Positions 17,305 through 27,734 of a DNA stretch of 64,000 nt are shown in pieces. The first letter of the stretch is position 1; every line of letters starts with the position of its first letter. This DNA comes from an uncultured Eubacteriales bacterium. GTDB lineage: Bacteria; Bacillota; Clostridia; Oscillospirales; CAG-272. A program made the translations under genes and the position numbers. Location of the stretch: assembly GCA_934446365.1 (NCBI GenBank), contig CAKSDZ010000002.1, forward strand, positions 122,653 to 186,652, read 5' to 3'. A model generated the notes under the pieces. The model was not told where the DNA came from and did not search any database. It worked only from the letters and a program-made list of their open reading frames with translations.

Positions 17305-19002
17305 GTGAAAAAAAGAAAAAAATGGTTTCGCACCCTTGTGCGGCAGCGTTTTTTCATCATATTACTGTTGGTTTTGCAGCTGTCGGCTATCATATTCTTT
17401 TTGGCTAACCGAAGCCATGCTTCCGTCGTGATCAAGCACATGCTTCAGGTTCTCAGCTTTTTTGTCGCACTTCATATCATCGCCAAGCGGGATAAAGGTG
17501 CCTATAAGCTGACATGGGTCTTTACCATTTTGATTTTTCCGCTGTTCGGCGGCTGTCTCTATCTGCTGTTCCGCTATCAGACCCGCTCCAAAAAGCTGCG
17601 GATGACCATGCAGAATATCGCGGACACCACAAGACCCGCAGCACTTCTGCCCGGCGACAAGTACCGTCTCGCAACAAAGCCGCACTGCCCTCTTCGTGCC
17701 GGACACGGCGACTTGCCGGACGATGTCTGTATAAAAGCCTCGGAGGAAGAGCTGCAAACGTCATACTCGGCGCCCGAAACGTTTCCGTGCGAGGCTTGCT
17801 GCATGAGAGATAAATTCGACCGCGTAACGGAAAAGGTTCCCTCTCATGCCAGACAAATCGAATATTTGGACAAATTCGCTGGCTTTCCCGTATATGAAAA
17901 CACACGGACAAAATATCTTTCCCCGGGAGAAGCGTTCCATGCGGCGCTCCTGCCCGAGCTGGAAAAAGCACGGTCTTATATCTTTCTTGAATTTTTCATC
18001 ATCGAGGAAGGCATCATGTGGGACAGCGTTCTTGAAATTCTGAAACGCAAGGTCGCCGAGGGTGTCGATGTCCGTGTCATTTACGACGACATCGGATGCT
18101 TCCTGCGTCTTCCCAAGGATTATCCGAAAAAGCTCAAAGAAGCCGGCATCCGCTGCGTCGTTTTCAACAAATTCAAGCCCTTGCTTACGGCAACGCAGAA
18201 TTGCAGGGACCACAGAAAGATCATCTCCATCGACGGAAAAGTCGCATTCACAGGCGGCATCAATCTTTCGGATGAATACATCAACGCAACGCATCCTTTC
18301 GGTCATTGGAAGGATTCGGGAATCCTTGTCGAAGGCGAGGCCGCATGGAGTCTGACGCTTATTTTCCTGCAAATGTGGATTTTAAGCGGCAACAAAGAGG
18401 ATGACATCAAAAAATATTATCCGTGGAAAAACGAACCGTGTCCGATTGTCAAAACCGACAGCTGGGTTCAGCCGTATGCGGACGCGCCGTATGACGCGGA
18501 AAACGTCAGCGAGCATGTCTATATCCAAATCATCAATACGGCGAAAAAATATCTTTATATCAACACGCCGTATCTCATCGTAGACGACAGCATGATATCG
18601 GCGCTTTCGCTCGCCGCCAAAAGCGGAGTTGACGTTCGGATTGTAACGCCGTTCCGCTGGGACAAGCGTGTCGTGCATTTCACAACGCGCTCCTATTACC
18701 GTGAGCTGATTCGGGCGGGCGTGAAAATTTACGAATATTCCGAGGGCTTCATCCATTCCAAAACCTTTGTCTCGGATGATACCGTCGCGACCGTCGGAAC
18801 GGCAAATCTCGATTTCCGCAGTCTCTATCTGCAATTTGAATGCGGCGTATGGATGTATAAAAGCGAGGCGGTGACGGAGCTTCGCGACGATTTTCTGAAA
18901 ACGCTCGAAAGCTGTCATGAAATCAAGGAGGAAGAATGCCGCGGAAATGTCGTAACACGCTTTCTTCAAGATTTTCTCCGTTTGTTCGCACCCCTCATGT
19001 AA
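17305..19002 (+). CDS. cls: Cardiolipin synthase (PLD family, two HKD motifs)
   Basis: RDHRKIISIDGKVAFTGGINL and IHSKTFVSDDTVATVGTANLDFRS. The GTG at 17305 sits behind GGAGG, which is better than the ATG at 17251. Confidence 0.9.
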   Translation: MKKRKKWFRTLVRQRFFIILLLVLQLSAIIFFLANRSHASVVIKHMLQVLSFFVALHIIAKRDKGAYKLTWVFTILIFPLFGGCLYLLFRYQTRSKKLRMTMQNIADTTRPAALLPGDKYRLATKPHCPLRAGHGDLPDDVCIKASEEELQTSYSAPETFPCEACCMRDKFDRVTEKVPSHARQIEYLDKFAGFPVYENTRTKYLSPGEAFHAALLPELEKARSYIFLEFFIIEEGIMWDSVLEILKRKVAEGVDVRVIYDDIGCFLRLPKDYPKKLKEAGIRCVVFNKFKPLLTATQNCRDHRKIISIDGKVAFTGGINLSDEYINATHPFGHWKDSGILVEGEAAWSLTLIFLQMWILSGNKEDDIKKYYPWKNEPCPIVKTDSWVQPYADAPYDAENVSEHVYIQIINTAKKYLYINTPYLIVDDSMISALSLAAKSGVDVRIVTPFRWDKRVVHFTTRSYYRELIRAGVKIYEYSEGFIHSKTFVSDDTVATVGTANLDFRSLYLQFECGVWMYKSEAVTELRDDFLKTLESCHEIKEEECRGNVVTRFLQDFLRLFAPLM

Positions 19003-19036
19003 AACCTGTGCCGAATGCACAGGTTTTTATTTTTCA
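19001..19036 (+). terminator. cls intrinsic terminator
   Basis: AACCTGTGC-cgaat-GCACAGGTT followed by TTTTATTTTT. Confidence 0.8.
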
Positions 19037-19086
19037 AGACAATGCCGCACCATCCCAAAAGGATTTTTCCATGTGAAAAGACAGCC

Positions 19087-20283
19087 TTACGGCTGTCTTT
19101 TCGTATTATCTTCCAAATACGACACCGTCCGACACGGCTTCCCTCCCCGAAAATAGACGCGCGGCACACGGCGTGCAATCCCGCAGACAAGCTCATAATT
19201 GAAAGAATATGCCATATCGGCGATCTCCTCTACGGAAATGAACGCTTCCCCGTCGCGGCCGACGAGCGTGACGCTGTCCTCGATTGCCGCTTCCGGCACG
19301 GCGCTGATATCCACCATCATCTGATCCATGCAAATCCTGCCGAGAATCGGACAGCGCCTCCCGTGAATCAGCACCTCCCCGCGTCCCGACAGGGCGCGCG
19401 GATACCCGTCCGCATATCCGACGGGTATCGTGGCCACACGAACCGTATGATCGGTCACATAGGTAAAGCCGTAGCTCACCCCGTGATGCGGTTCCAGCGT
19501 TTTGATATGGGAAATATGCGTGATAAGCTCCATCGCGGGCCTGAGGACAAACCGCTTTCCAAGCTCGGCGCGTACCTCGTCCGACGGATACAAGCCGTAA
19601 AGGATAATGCCCGCGCGGACCATGTCGTAATACCGGTCAAACTCCAAAATCCCTGCGCTGTTGTTGATGTGCTTCATCGGGATTTTTACGCCGCGCGCTT
19701 CCAGCATGGAGACAAACCGGTCAAATGCCGCGCGCTGCTCCATGGACGGTGCCTTATCCGAGCCGTCGGCGGCGGCAAAATGGCTGAAAATTCCCTCGAC
19801 CGCGATGCCGGGCAGCGCAGCCGCCGCGGCAGCCTCATCCGCGCTTTCCTCGCTTACATTCCAGCCGATACGCGACATGCCGGTATCGACGGCAAAATGC
19901 ACCCGGGCAGTCTTTCCCTCCGACACGGCAAGCGCGGAAAGCTTCCGAATCCGGTCGGGCTGAAATACGGTCAGCGTGATATCATAATCCAGCGCCTGTC
20001 GGTAAAGGCTCGGCGACGTATAGCCGAGAATCAGAATCGGCTTTTTTATTCCGTGACGGCGAAGCTCAACCGCCTCTCCCATCTCGGCAACGGCAAAAAA
20101 GTCCGCCATATCCTCAAATTCTTCGGCGAGAACGGCGGCGCCATGCCCATAGGCATCCGCCTTGACGACCAGCGCAAGCTTCGTTTGCGCCGGGATTTTC
20201 TCTTTGACAAGCTTTATATTGTGCTCGATCGCGTCAAGATCGATTTTCGCATACACTCTCCGATATTCCATATCCCGCCTCAT
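19087..20283 (-). CDS. alr: Alanine racemase
   Basis: [38 protein letters not shown] (PLP Lys motif). The ATG overlaps the pxpA stop (ATGA). Confidence 0.95.
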   Translation of the reverse strand: MRRDMEYRRVYAKIDLDAIEHNIKLVKEKIPAQTKLALVVKADAYGHGAAVLAEEFEDMADFFAVAEMGEAVELRRHGIKKPILILGYTSPSLYRQALDYDITLTVFQPDRIRKLSALAVSEGKTARVHFAVDTGMSRIGWNVSEESADEAAAAAALPGIAVEGIFSHFAAADGSDKAPSMEQRAAFDRFVSMLEARGVKIPMKHINNSAGILEFDRYYDMVRAGIILYGLYPSDEVRAELGKRFVLRPAMELITHISHIKTLEPHHGVSYGFTYVTDHTVRVATIPVGYADGYPRALSGRGEVLIHGRRCPILGRICMDQMMVDISAVPEAAIEDSVTLVGRDGEAFISVEEIADMAYSFNYELVCGIARRVPRVYFRGGKPCRTVSYLEDNTKRQP

Positions 20284-21050
20284 GAAACGATATCCGCGAG
20301 CGGCACCGTTTCGATGCCGGCCGCGGCAAAGGCGGCGCGCAGATTTTTTACAAAGGCAAGCGCGTGGACGCCGTCTCCGTGTACGCAGACGGAATCCGCC
20401 GCAATCTCGATGTCCGTTCCGTCTATGGCGCGGACTTTTTTCTCGTTTATCATGCGGACGACGCGCCGGACCGCTTCCCTCTCGTCCGTAATCACGGCGC
20501 CCGGCTTTGTCCTTGCGACAAGCGAGCCGTCAGGTTCATAAGCGCGGTCGGCAAAGACCTCGCTTGCTGCGCGCAGTCCTTTCCGCTTTGCCGCCTCGAT
20601 CATTGCGGAGCCGGAAAGCGCCAGCAGAATCAGCGACGCATCGACCTCGGCGATTCCCTCGCAGACCGCCTCGGCAAGTCTCATATCCTTCCCCGCCATA
20701 TTATAGAGCGCGCCGTGCGGCTTGACATGGGAAAGCTTCGCTCCCTGCGCTTTGGCAAACGCCGCAAGCGCTCCGATTTGATACTGTACATAAGCTTTTG
20801 CCTCCTCGGGCGAAACATTCATATTCCGCCTGCCGAAGCCGAGAAGATCGGGAAAACCGGGATGCGCGCCGAGCGCCGCGCCCGCCTGCGTTGCCAGCTT
20901 CACGGTTTTCCTCATCGTCACGGGATCGGACGCATGGAAGCCGCAGGCGATATTGGCGGAGGTGATAAGCGGAAGGATTTCCTCGTCCATCCCGAGCGTA
21001 TAAACGCCGAAGCTCTCTCCGAGATCGCAGTTGAGATCGATTTTTGGCAT
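20280..21050 (-). CDS. pxpA: 5-oxoprolinase subunit PxpA (LamB/YcsF family)
   Basis: [15 protein letters not shown]...[12 protein letters not shown]...[10 protein letters not shown]. Start trimmed to the ATG at 21050. Confidence 0.92.
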   Translation of the reverse strand: MPKIDLNCDLGESFGVYTLGMDEEILPLITSANIACGFHASDPVTMRKTVKLATQAGAALGAHPGFPDLLGFGRRNMNVSPEEAKAYVQYQIGALAAFAKAQGAKLSHVKPHGALYNMAGKDMRLAEAVCEGIAEVDASLILLALSGSAMIEAAKRKGLRAASEVFADRAYEPDGSLVARTKPGAVITDEREAVRRVVRMINEKKVRAIDGTDIEIAADSVCVHGDGVHALAFVKNLRAAFAAAGIETVPLADIVS

Positions 21051-21079
21051 AAAGCACCTCGCAAATTCTCTTGATAAAA

Positions 21080-21874
21080 TCAGTTTTTCAGCATGCTGTT
21101 TCTCACATCCGTGATGAACATATGTCCCGGTGCATGGGTAATGGCAAAGGAGGGCTTCGCCGCCATGACCGCCGCCTGCGGCGTCACGCCGCACGGCCAA
21201 AATACCGGGATTTCCCCCGCTTTCACCGTGACGGCATCGCCGAAATCCGGTTTTGCAAGATCGGTGATTCCGATTGCCGCCGGATCTCCCATATGCACGG
21301 GCGCGCCGTGTACGCGCGGCATTCCCGCCGTGATGACCGCCGCACGGACGGCGTCCGCGGGCGTCATCGGCCGCATACTGACCACCATGTTTCCGTGAAA
21401 AATCCCCGCCGGCTCGCACGGAATATCCGTCAGATACATCGGGACGTTGACGTTCTCCTCGATATGCCGCACCGGAATCTCCGCCTCCATGAGCGCCGCC
21501 TCAAAGGAAAAGCTGCACCCGATGAGAAAGCTCACAAAATCGTTCCGCCAAAAATCCGAAACGTCCGTGTATTCCCCGCAAAGGATGCCGTTTTCGTAGA
21601 TTCGATACTTCGGGAAATCCCGCGCGATATCCGCATCCTTCGCAGTCATGCGAAGCGAACGGCTCCCCGTGTCCGTGACCTCAAGCACAGGACAGGAACG
21701 CGGATTGCGCTGTGTGAACAGCAGAAAATCATAGGCATATTCGCGCGGCAGCACGCAAAGATTCGCCTGCGCGAAGCCCTCGCACATGCCGGAGGTCTGC
21801 CCTGTGATGGTTCCCTCCCGAATGAGCCTTCGCACCTGCGCGGGACTTTGATCGGCGTACGGATTTTTCGTCAT
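21080..21874 (-). CDS. DUF1445/UPF0317 putative hydro-lyase (YcsI-like; D-glutamate cyclase family)
   Basis: [15 protein letters not shown]...[10 protein letters not shown]...[10 protein letters not shown]...FWPCGVTPQ. Confidence 0.85.
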   Translation of the reverse strand: MTKNPYADQSPAQVRRLIREGTITGQTSGMCEGFAQANLCVLPREYAYDFLLFTQRNPRSCPVLEVTDTGSRSLRMTAKDADIARDFPKYRIYENGILCGEYTDVSDFWRNDFVSFLIGCSFSFEAALMEAEIPVRHIEENVNVPMYLTDIPCEPAGIFHGNMVVSMRPMTPADAVRAAVITAGMPRVHGAPVHMGDPAAIGITDLAKPDFGDAVTVKAGEIPVFWPCGVTPQAAVMAAKPSFAITHAPGHMFITDVRNSMLKN

Positions 21875-21895
21875 ACTGTTTTCTCCTTTCCTCGC

Positions 21896-22837
21896 TCACC
21901 GGAATCGGATGCCGGCGAGCCTTTTCTGTTCCTCACGCGCGGCCCTCTGTGCCGCATCAAGCGTGCATCGGACAAACCGGACGCGGTCGCCCGGCTTCGC
22001 CTGCGCGAGAAGCGGAATATCGGCGGTGATAACCGTCGCAAGCTTCGCATATCCGCCGACCGTCTGCCGGTCGGCAAGCAGAACAATCGGCTTCCCGTTC
22101 GGCGGAATCTGAACGCTTCCCATCGCGATGCCGCCCGAAACGATGTCCACGCCGTTTTTGGAAGCAAGCGGCTTGCCGTCAAGCCGCATTCCCATGCGGT
22201 CGGACGCCGGCGTCACGGCATATTCCTCCGAAAAGAAAGTGGAAAGCGTCTGCTCCGGGAAGCGGTCGTCCTCGGGACCTGGAACCGCACGCACGGAAAG
22301 CATTCCATTTTCAAAATACGGCGCATACGGGAGACGGCGGCGCGCGGTTTCCTCCTCGGAAAGAGGAGAAGCCGGAAAAACCGGCAGAATATCGCCGGCC
22401 ATAAGCTTTCGTCCCTCAAAGCCGCCGACATGCGCTTTGAGATTCGTGCTGCGGCTGCCCATCACGAGCGGCACGTCGATACCGCCGCGCACCGCCATAT
22501 ATGCCCGACAGCCGGAGACCGCGAAGCCCATCGCAATTTCATCACCCGGGAAAACGGCAATCGCCTGCATCATCGGCACCGCAGCGCCATTGATTTTCGG
22601 GGAAAAATCCCCGCCCGCAAAGGCGACCACCGTGCGGTCGAGCACGCGCGCGCCAATTCCCATGAGCGTCATTTCGAGTACGGCGTCGTTTTTATCGTTC
22701 CCGACAAGCAGATTTGCTATCACAGCAGCGCGCGTGTCCATCGCGCCGGACGGAGAAAAGCCGTCCTTCATGTAGCCGTGCCGGCCGAGGTCCTGCACCG
22801 TTGTGAGCGGCCCCGGGGATAGAATCTGTATACTCAT
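21896..22837 (-). CDS. pxpC: 5-oxoprolinase subunit PxpC (KipA / allophanate hydrolase subunit 2 family)
   Basis: MSIQILSPGPLTTVQDLGRHGYMKDGFSPSGAMD. Confidence 0.92.
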   Translation of the reverse strand: MSIQILSPGPLTTVQDLGRHGYMKDGFSPSGAMDTRAAVIANLLVGNDKNDAVLEMTLMGIGARVLDRTVVAFAGGDFSPKINGAAVPMMQAIAVFPGDEIAMGFAVSGCRAYMAVRGGIDVPLVMGSRSTNLKAHVGGFEGRKLMAGDILPVFPASPLSEEETARRRLPYAPYFENGMLSVRAVPGPEDDRFPEQTLSTFFSEEYAVTPASDRMGMRLDGKPLASKNGVDIVSGGIAMGSVQIPPNGKPIVLLADRQTVGGYAKLATVITADIPLLAQAKPGDRVRFVRCTLDAAQRAAREEQKRLAGIRFR

Positions 22838-23565
22838 ATCGACTCCTCCGCGACCTGATGGATATAGGTCCCCGCCGCCACAGCCGCCGCGAGCGCATCA
22901 TAGCGTGCTCTGTCAATCGGCACAAACCGGATAGAATCGCCGGCGGCATACAAAACCGGCGGCGTGCGGGTGGGATCATACGGCAAAATCGGCGTCCTGC
23001 CGATGAGCCGCCAGCCGCCGGGCGATTCCATCGGATAAATTCCGGTCTGAGAACCGCCGATTCCGACCGAGCCCCGCGGAATCCGCTCTCTCGGACTGTC
23101 GAGCCGCGGCGCCGAAATCGATTCGTCAAGCCCGCCGAGATACGGGAAGCCGGGCAGAAAACCGAGCATATAAATCCGGTAGTCACGCGAGCTGTGCCGT
23201 CTTATGACCTCCTCTGCGGAAAGTCCGGCAAGAGAGGCCACATCCGCAAGGTCGGGGCCGAACTCCCCGCCGTAGCAGACGGGAATCCGGTGGATTCTCC
23301 GTATAGACGTCGCCGCCCCTTCCCCGCGGACTATCGCTTTTTCAATCCTGCGGCATAATTTCGGGTAAGAAATCGCCGCGGAATCGTAACAGACCGTGAG
23401 CGAGCAAAACGCCGGAACAAGCTCCGTGATTCCCGTCACATGCTCCGCGCAAAGTGCATCGGCGAGCGCACGGACGCGCTCGCCCGTGCGCTCCGATATC
23501 ACATCCCCGAACGTCACGGCAAGCGCGGCGTCGCCGCAGGGCAGAATCCGATAGTCTTTCATCAC
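22834..23565 (-). CDS. pxpB: 5-oxoprolinase subunit PxpB (KipI family)
   Basis: ILPCGDAALAVTFGD...VYMLGFLPGFPYLGGLD. ATGA overlaps on both sides. Confidence 0.92.
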   Translation of the reverse strand: MMKDYRILPCGDAALAVTFGDVISERTGERVRALADALCAEHVTGITELVPAFCSLTVCYDSAAISYPKLCRRIEKAIVRGEGAATSIRRIHRIPVCYGGEFGPDLADVASLAGLSAEEVIRRHSSRDYRIYMLGFLPGFPYLGGLDESISAPRLDSPRERIPRGSVGIGGSQTGIYPMESPGGWRLIGRTPILPYDPTRTPPVLYAAGDSIRFVPIDRARYDALAAAVAAGTYIHQVAEESI

Positions 23566-24641
23566 CTATGTTCCTTTTCGTCAAAATAACCCTTTTCAAT
23601 GGTCTTTTCAAACCACTTCGCACAGGTCTTTTCCAGCTTCATGGAATACTTCACACATTCCCGCATCGAGGTGACAATCGAGCAGTTCAACGTCTCTCCG
23701 ATGCCGTCGATCGCCGGAATCGTCCAGCCGTACATATCGATCATGCCGCAGTCGGCGGCCTTTTCCATCGCCTGCGCCTGCAAGGATGCGTCGTGGAAAA
23801 TATCGATATCGCCGCCGAGATAAGCGAGCATGGCGGAAAGTCCGTAGCATCCCCAGTCGGACGTCGTGGCGGTGATGATGTTGTCCGCCTTGGTGCGAAC
23901 GGCAAGCCCGCCGCCGCATTCGCACGCACATTCTCCCTCCGCTGCATACGGAATGTAACGGCGCAGCTGCTCCGAAATGGTTCCCATGCCCATTTCGTTT
24001 CCGAGGTCTCCGATGGAAATATTCAGCACGCCCGCCGTGACGAGCTTTTCAAACAAAACATCCATTTTCGCTTCCAGCGGCGTGATGTCGAGCCCCACCG
24101 CATTGTGGTATGCGCCCTTTTCATTGGCGCCCGGCGCCTCAACCGTAATCACCGCCTTCGGCATACACGATTTCATGAGCTTTGCCGACTCTCCAGCGGC
24201 CCTCAGGCGGTCCTTGGTAAAGGCATGATAAGCGAGAGAGGCCGGCATATCCCCCATTTTCTCGACGGAATCGAAATAGTGCAGCCCAATAAGCCTCGCC
24301 AGTCCCTCGACGGCGGGAATATTCTCCTCCTGACAGATGATGACGGGTCTTACCGCAAACGCCTTGACAAGAGCGCGCGCAAGCAGCATCGACCCGATGA
24401 TGCCGTCGGTTTCCGCCGAACCGAACGGACGGAGCACAAAGCCCGTGATGATATATACATAATCCCCCGCTTGAAGCGCCGCTTTCAGCTTTTTCGCGGC
24501 ATTGGCCGTGAGCGGCTCCCCCGTATAGCGGCGGGACGCCTCATACAAAATCTTGCAGACGCCGTAGCCTCTCGGGTCGAGATTCATGAGGTCGTCAAGG
24601 CTCTGCCCGAGATTTCTGATTGTAAGTTCTTTTTGTGTCAT
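23562..24641 (-). CDS. DUF4392 protein (D-glutamate cyclase-like domain)
   Basis: MTQKELTIRNLGQSLDDLMNLDPRGYG...ETDGIIGS...VEAPGAN...DWGCYGL. ATG at 24641 follows GGGAG. Confidence 0.75.
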   Translation of the reverse strand: MTQKELTIRNLGQSLDDLMNLDPRGYGVCKILYEASRRYTGEPLTANAAKKLKAALQAGDYVYIITGFVLRPFGSAETDGIIGSMLLARALVKAFAVRPVIICQEENIPAVEGLARLIGLHYFDSVEKMGDMPASLAYHAFTKDRLRAAGESAKLMKSCMPKAVITVEAPGANEKGAYHNAVGLDITPLEAKMDVLFEKLVTAGVLNISIGDLGNEMGMGTISEQLRRYIPYAAEGECACECGGGLAVRTKADNIITATTSDWGCYGLSAMLAYLGGDIDIFHDASLQAQAMEKAADCGMIDMYGWTIPAIDGIGETLNCSIVTSMRECVKYSMKLEKTCAKWFEKTIEKGYFDEKEHR

Positions 24642-24705
24642 GTTTTTTCTCCCTGCCGCACCCGCGGCCAATCCTTTTTTATTCCATACGGAGTTTTGCC
24701 GAGGG

Positions 24706-25548
24706 TCACAGAGCGGTCGCCGTCAAGAAGTCCTCGACCAGTGCGTCCTGAAGCGTTTTGAGAAGCGCCGGCGCCTTGCCGCCGACCGGCTTTCCGTCAA
24801 TCGTCTCGGCCGCAAGGCAGAACGAGCCGGAGCTTGAAACGATAACCTCGTCCGCCGCCATCATTTCGGCTACGGTAAACGGCGTTTCCTCGACCGGAAT
24901 TCCGAACCGATTGCACATTTTGATAAGATGCGCGCGGGCAATACCCGGCAGGATATATTCATCCGTCGGCGCAGTCCTGAATACGCCGTCTTTCAGAATC
25001 GAAACATTGCTGTGCGCGCATTCCGTCACGCGCTCGCCGCGATGAAGCACCGCCTCGTCACAGCCGGCTTTATCCGTCTCCTTGGCATACAAAACGCTCG
25101 GAATCAGGTTGAGCGTTTTGACGTTGCAATAGAGAAAGCGTTTGTCTTCCAGCGTAATCAGCTTGATTTTCTGATAGGTGTCCTTGACCGCAAGCGGTTT
25201 CAGCATAATCCAAATATTCGCCGGCGTGCCGTCGTCATAGACATGATTGCGGATGCCGGTGCCGCGCGTCGCCTGTATGTAAACGAACTGCGAGCCGTCG
25301 TCCACCTTTTTCACCATTTCACGAAGGATGTCCTTCATTTCGTCCTTGGTATGAGGAATGTTGATATCGAGCAGTCGCGCGCTGTTATAAAAACGGTCGA
25401 TGTGCTCATCCAGCGCATAGATGATGTGGTTTCTGCTGTAAGTGGCGTCATAAATGCCGTCCCCGAAATAGCAGACGCGGTCGAGCATCGGGATGCTCAT
25501 CTTTTCCAGCTCGTCATAAGCTCCGTTGTAGTATCCGAGATTTTTCAT
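24706..25548 (-). CDS. dat: D-amino-acid (D-alanine) aminotransferase, class IV
   Basis: DRVCYFGDGIYDATYSRN...CNVKTLNLIPSVLYAKE...; 280 aa. Confidence 0.88.
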   Translation of the reverse strand: MKNLGYYNGAYDELEKMSIPMLDRVCYFGDGIYDATYSRNHIIYALDEHIDRFYNSARLLDINIPHTKDEMKDILREMVKKVDDGSQFVYIQATRGTGIRNHVYDDGTPANIWIMLKPLAVKDTYQKIKLITLEDKRFLYCNVKTLNLIPSVLYAKETDKAGCDEAVLHRGERVTECAHSNVSILKDGVFRTAPTDEYILPGIARAHLIKMCNRFGIPVEETPFTVAEMMAADEVIVSSSGSFCLAAETIDGKPVGGKAPALLKTLQDALVEDFLTATAL

Positions 25549-25572
25549 AGGCTCCTCCCAAAATATATGCTG

Positions 25573-25633
25573 AAAATAAAAACTCGGACAAAGGGGCGCG
25601 GGAAATCCTCCCCGCGGAACGCCATTGTCCGAG
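25573..25633 (-). terminator. Strong intrinsic terminator inside the dat leader (possible attenuator)
   Basis: Minus strand CTCGGACAA...(inner CGCGGG/CCCGCG)...TTGTCCGAG followed by TTTTTATTTT. It ends ~15 nt before the dat RBS GGGAGGAG. Confidence 0.75.
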
Positions 25634-25679
25634 GTATCGAAATCGTAGCCTGATTCGATTTTTCATAAAACTATAAAAT

Positions 25680-25708
25680 AGTATATAACCGATTCTCAAA
25701 AATGTCAA
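25680..25708 (-). promoter_or_regulatory. Candidate promoter of the dat operon leader
   Basis: Minus strand TTGACA (25708-25703), 17 nt, TATACT (25685-25680). Confidence 0.55.
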
Positions 25709-25740
25709 GCTTGTAAGAAAAATTTCCGTGAAGCTCGGTA

Positions 25741-26529
25741 TTATTTTTTCCGCTCCGCTTCCCTCACGGCCGCTTTCATTTCCGATACGAAGGCGCGGAT
25801 ATGCGGCGCCGCCTCCGTGCCGTACCGTTCGATGAGCTTCATAATGGCGGAGCCGACGATAACGCCGTCCGCATGTTCCGCCATCTCGCGCGCCTGCGCC
25901 GGATTCGAGATGCCGAATCCCACCGCCGCCGGGATTTTCTTTGCGGCATGCACAAGCCCCGTCATTTCGGAAATATCCGTCGTGATATGCTCGCGCGTGC
26001 CCGTCACACCGAGTGAGGAAACGCAGTATACAAAGCCCTCCGCGTCACGCGAAATCATGGAGATTCTCTCATGCGAGGTCGGCGCGATAAGCGAGATGAA
26101 ATCAAGGCCATAGCGGCGGAATACCGGAGCAAACTCCTCTTTTTCCTCATAGGGAACGTCCGGCAGAATCACGCCGTCCATGCCGATTTCCGCCGCCGCA
26201 CGGGCGAAACGCTCCGTGCCGTAGGAAAACACGACGTTCGCATAGGTCATAAAGAGAAGCGGGATTTTCACGGTCTTCCGAATCTCGCGCACCGCCTCGA
26301 ATACCTTGTCCGTCGTCGTGCCCGCCGCAAGCGAACGCATATTGGCGGACTCGATGACCGGCCCCTCCGCCGTCGGATCGGAAAACGGAATGCCGATTTC
26401 GATGATGTCCGCCCCTGCCTCGGCTGCTTCTTTTACAAAGGATACCGTCGATGCGATATCCGGATCGCCGCAGGTGATAAAGGCGATGAACGCCTTGCCC
26501 CCCTCAAAGGCTTCCGCAATTTTACTCAT
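25741..26529 (-). CDS. trpA: Tryptophan synthase alpha chain
   Basis: [24 protein letters not shown]...[16 protein letters not shown]. Confidence 0.96.
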   Translation of the reverse strand: MSKIAEAFEGGKAFIAFITCGDPDIASTVSFVKEAAEAGADIIEIGIPFSDPTAEGPVIESANMRSLAAGTTTDKVFEAVREIRKTVKIPLLFMTYANVVFSYGTERFARAAAEIGMDGVILPDVPYEEKEEFAPVFRRYGLDFISLIAPTSHERISMISRDAEGFVYCVSSLGVTGTREHITTDISEMTGLVHAAKKIPAAVGFGISNPAQAREMAEHADGVIVGSAIMKLIERYGTEAAPHIRAFVSEMKAAVREAERKK

Positions 26530-27706
26530 GGATATCCTCCCCTCTGTACCGCGCGATTGCCGCACAGTCCTTATCGCCGCGTCCCGAAAGATTGACGATG
26601 ATGATTTTATCTCTGCTCATCTCCGGCGCCAGCTTCATCGCATAGGCGACGGCATGCGCGCTTTCGATTGCCGGAATGATGCCCTCCGTCCGGCTGAGAT
26701 ACTCAAATGCGTTCACCGCCTCGTCGTCCGTGACCGCGACATATTCCGCACGGCCGGTATCGTGCAGATTCGCGTGTTCCGGTCCCACGCCCGGATAGTC
26801 CAGACCCGCCGAGATTGAATATACCGGTGCGATCTGCCCGTATTCGTCCTGACAGAAATACGACTTCATGCCGTGGAAGATGCCGAGCCGTCCCGTTGCA
26901 ATCGTCGCCGCCGTCTCCGCGGTGTCGATGCCCCGCCCGGCCGCCTCACAGCCGATGAGACGCACCTCCTTGTCTCCGATGAAATTGTAAAACGCGCCTA
27001 TCGCGTTGGAGCCGCCGCCGACACAGGCGATTACGGCGTCGGGAAGCCGCCCTTCCTTTTCGAGGCACTGCACCCGCATCTCCTTTGAAATCACCGCCTG
27101 AAAATCGCGCACAATCGTCGGGAACGGGTGCGGTCCCATCACGGAGCCGAGCACATAGTGCGTGTCGGAAATGCGGTTCGTCCATTCGCGCATCGTTTCG
27201 TTGACCGCGTCTTTGAGCGTCGCCGTTCCGGACGTGACCGCATGCACCTTCGCGCCCAGCAGGCGCATCTTATAGACGTTGAGCGCCTGTCTTTCGGTGT
27301 CCGTTTTCCCCATGAAAATCTCACATTCCATGCCCATCAGCGCCGCCGCGGTCGCCGTCGCGACGCCGTGCTGTCCGGCGCCGGTCTCCGCAATCACGCG
27401 TGTTTTTCCCATTTTTTTCGCAAGGAGCACCTGCCCCAGCACATTGTTGATTTTGTGCGCGCCGGTGTGGTTGAGGTCCTCTCTTTTGAGATAAATCTTC
27501 GCGCCGCCGAGGTTTTTCGTCATTTTCTCCGCATAATAAAGCAAAGAGGGACGCCCCGCATATTCCTTTAAAAGCGAATCCAGCTCCGCACAGAACGCCG
27601 GATCGTTTTGATAGCGGTTATATGCCTCCTCCAGCTCCAATACGGCGTTCATCAGAGTTTCCGGTATATACTGTCCGCCGTGTATGCCAAATCTTCCCCT
27701 TGACAT
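26522..27706 (-). CDS. trpB: Tryptophan synthase beta chain
   Basis: [16 protein letters not shown]...[11 protein letters not shown]...GGGSNAIG. Confidence 0.97.
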   Translation of the reverse strand: MSRGRFGIHGGQYIPETLMNAVLELEEAYNRYQNDPAFCAELDSLLKEYAGRPSLLYYAEKMTKNLGGAKIYLKREDLNHTGAHKINNVLGQVLLAKKMGKTRVIAETGAGQHGVATATAAALMGMECEIFMGKTDTERQALNVYKMRLLGAKVHAVTSGTATLKDAVNETMREWTNRISDTHYVLGSVMGPHPFPTIVRDFQAVISKEMRVQCLEKEGRLPDAVIACVGGGSNAIGAFYNFIGDKEVRLIGCEAAGRGIDTAETAATIATGRLGIFHGMKSYFCQDEYGQIAPVYSISAGLDYPGVGPEHANLHDTGRAEYVAVTDDEAVNAFEYLSRTEGIIPAIESAHAVAYAMKLAPEMSRDKIIIVNLSGRGDKDCAAIARYRGEDIHE

Positions 27707-27734
27707 TGTGTCACCCAATTCCTTTCCGCCGGAC

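Noticed and set aside
17640-17880. Extra ~60-80 residues between the TM region and the first PLD domain of the cardiolipin synthase (Cys-containing segment ...FPCEACCMRDKF...).
   Set aside because: Linker length is variable in this family. There are no repeat, mobile-element or frameshift signatures at the nucleotide level.
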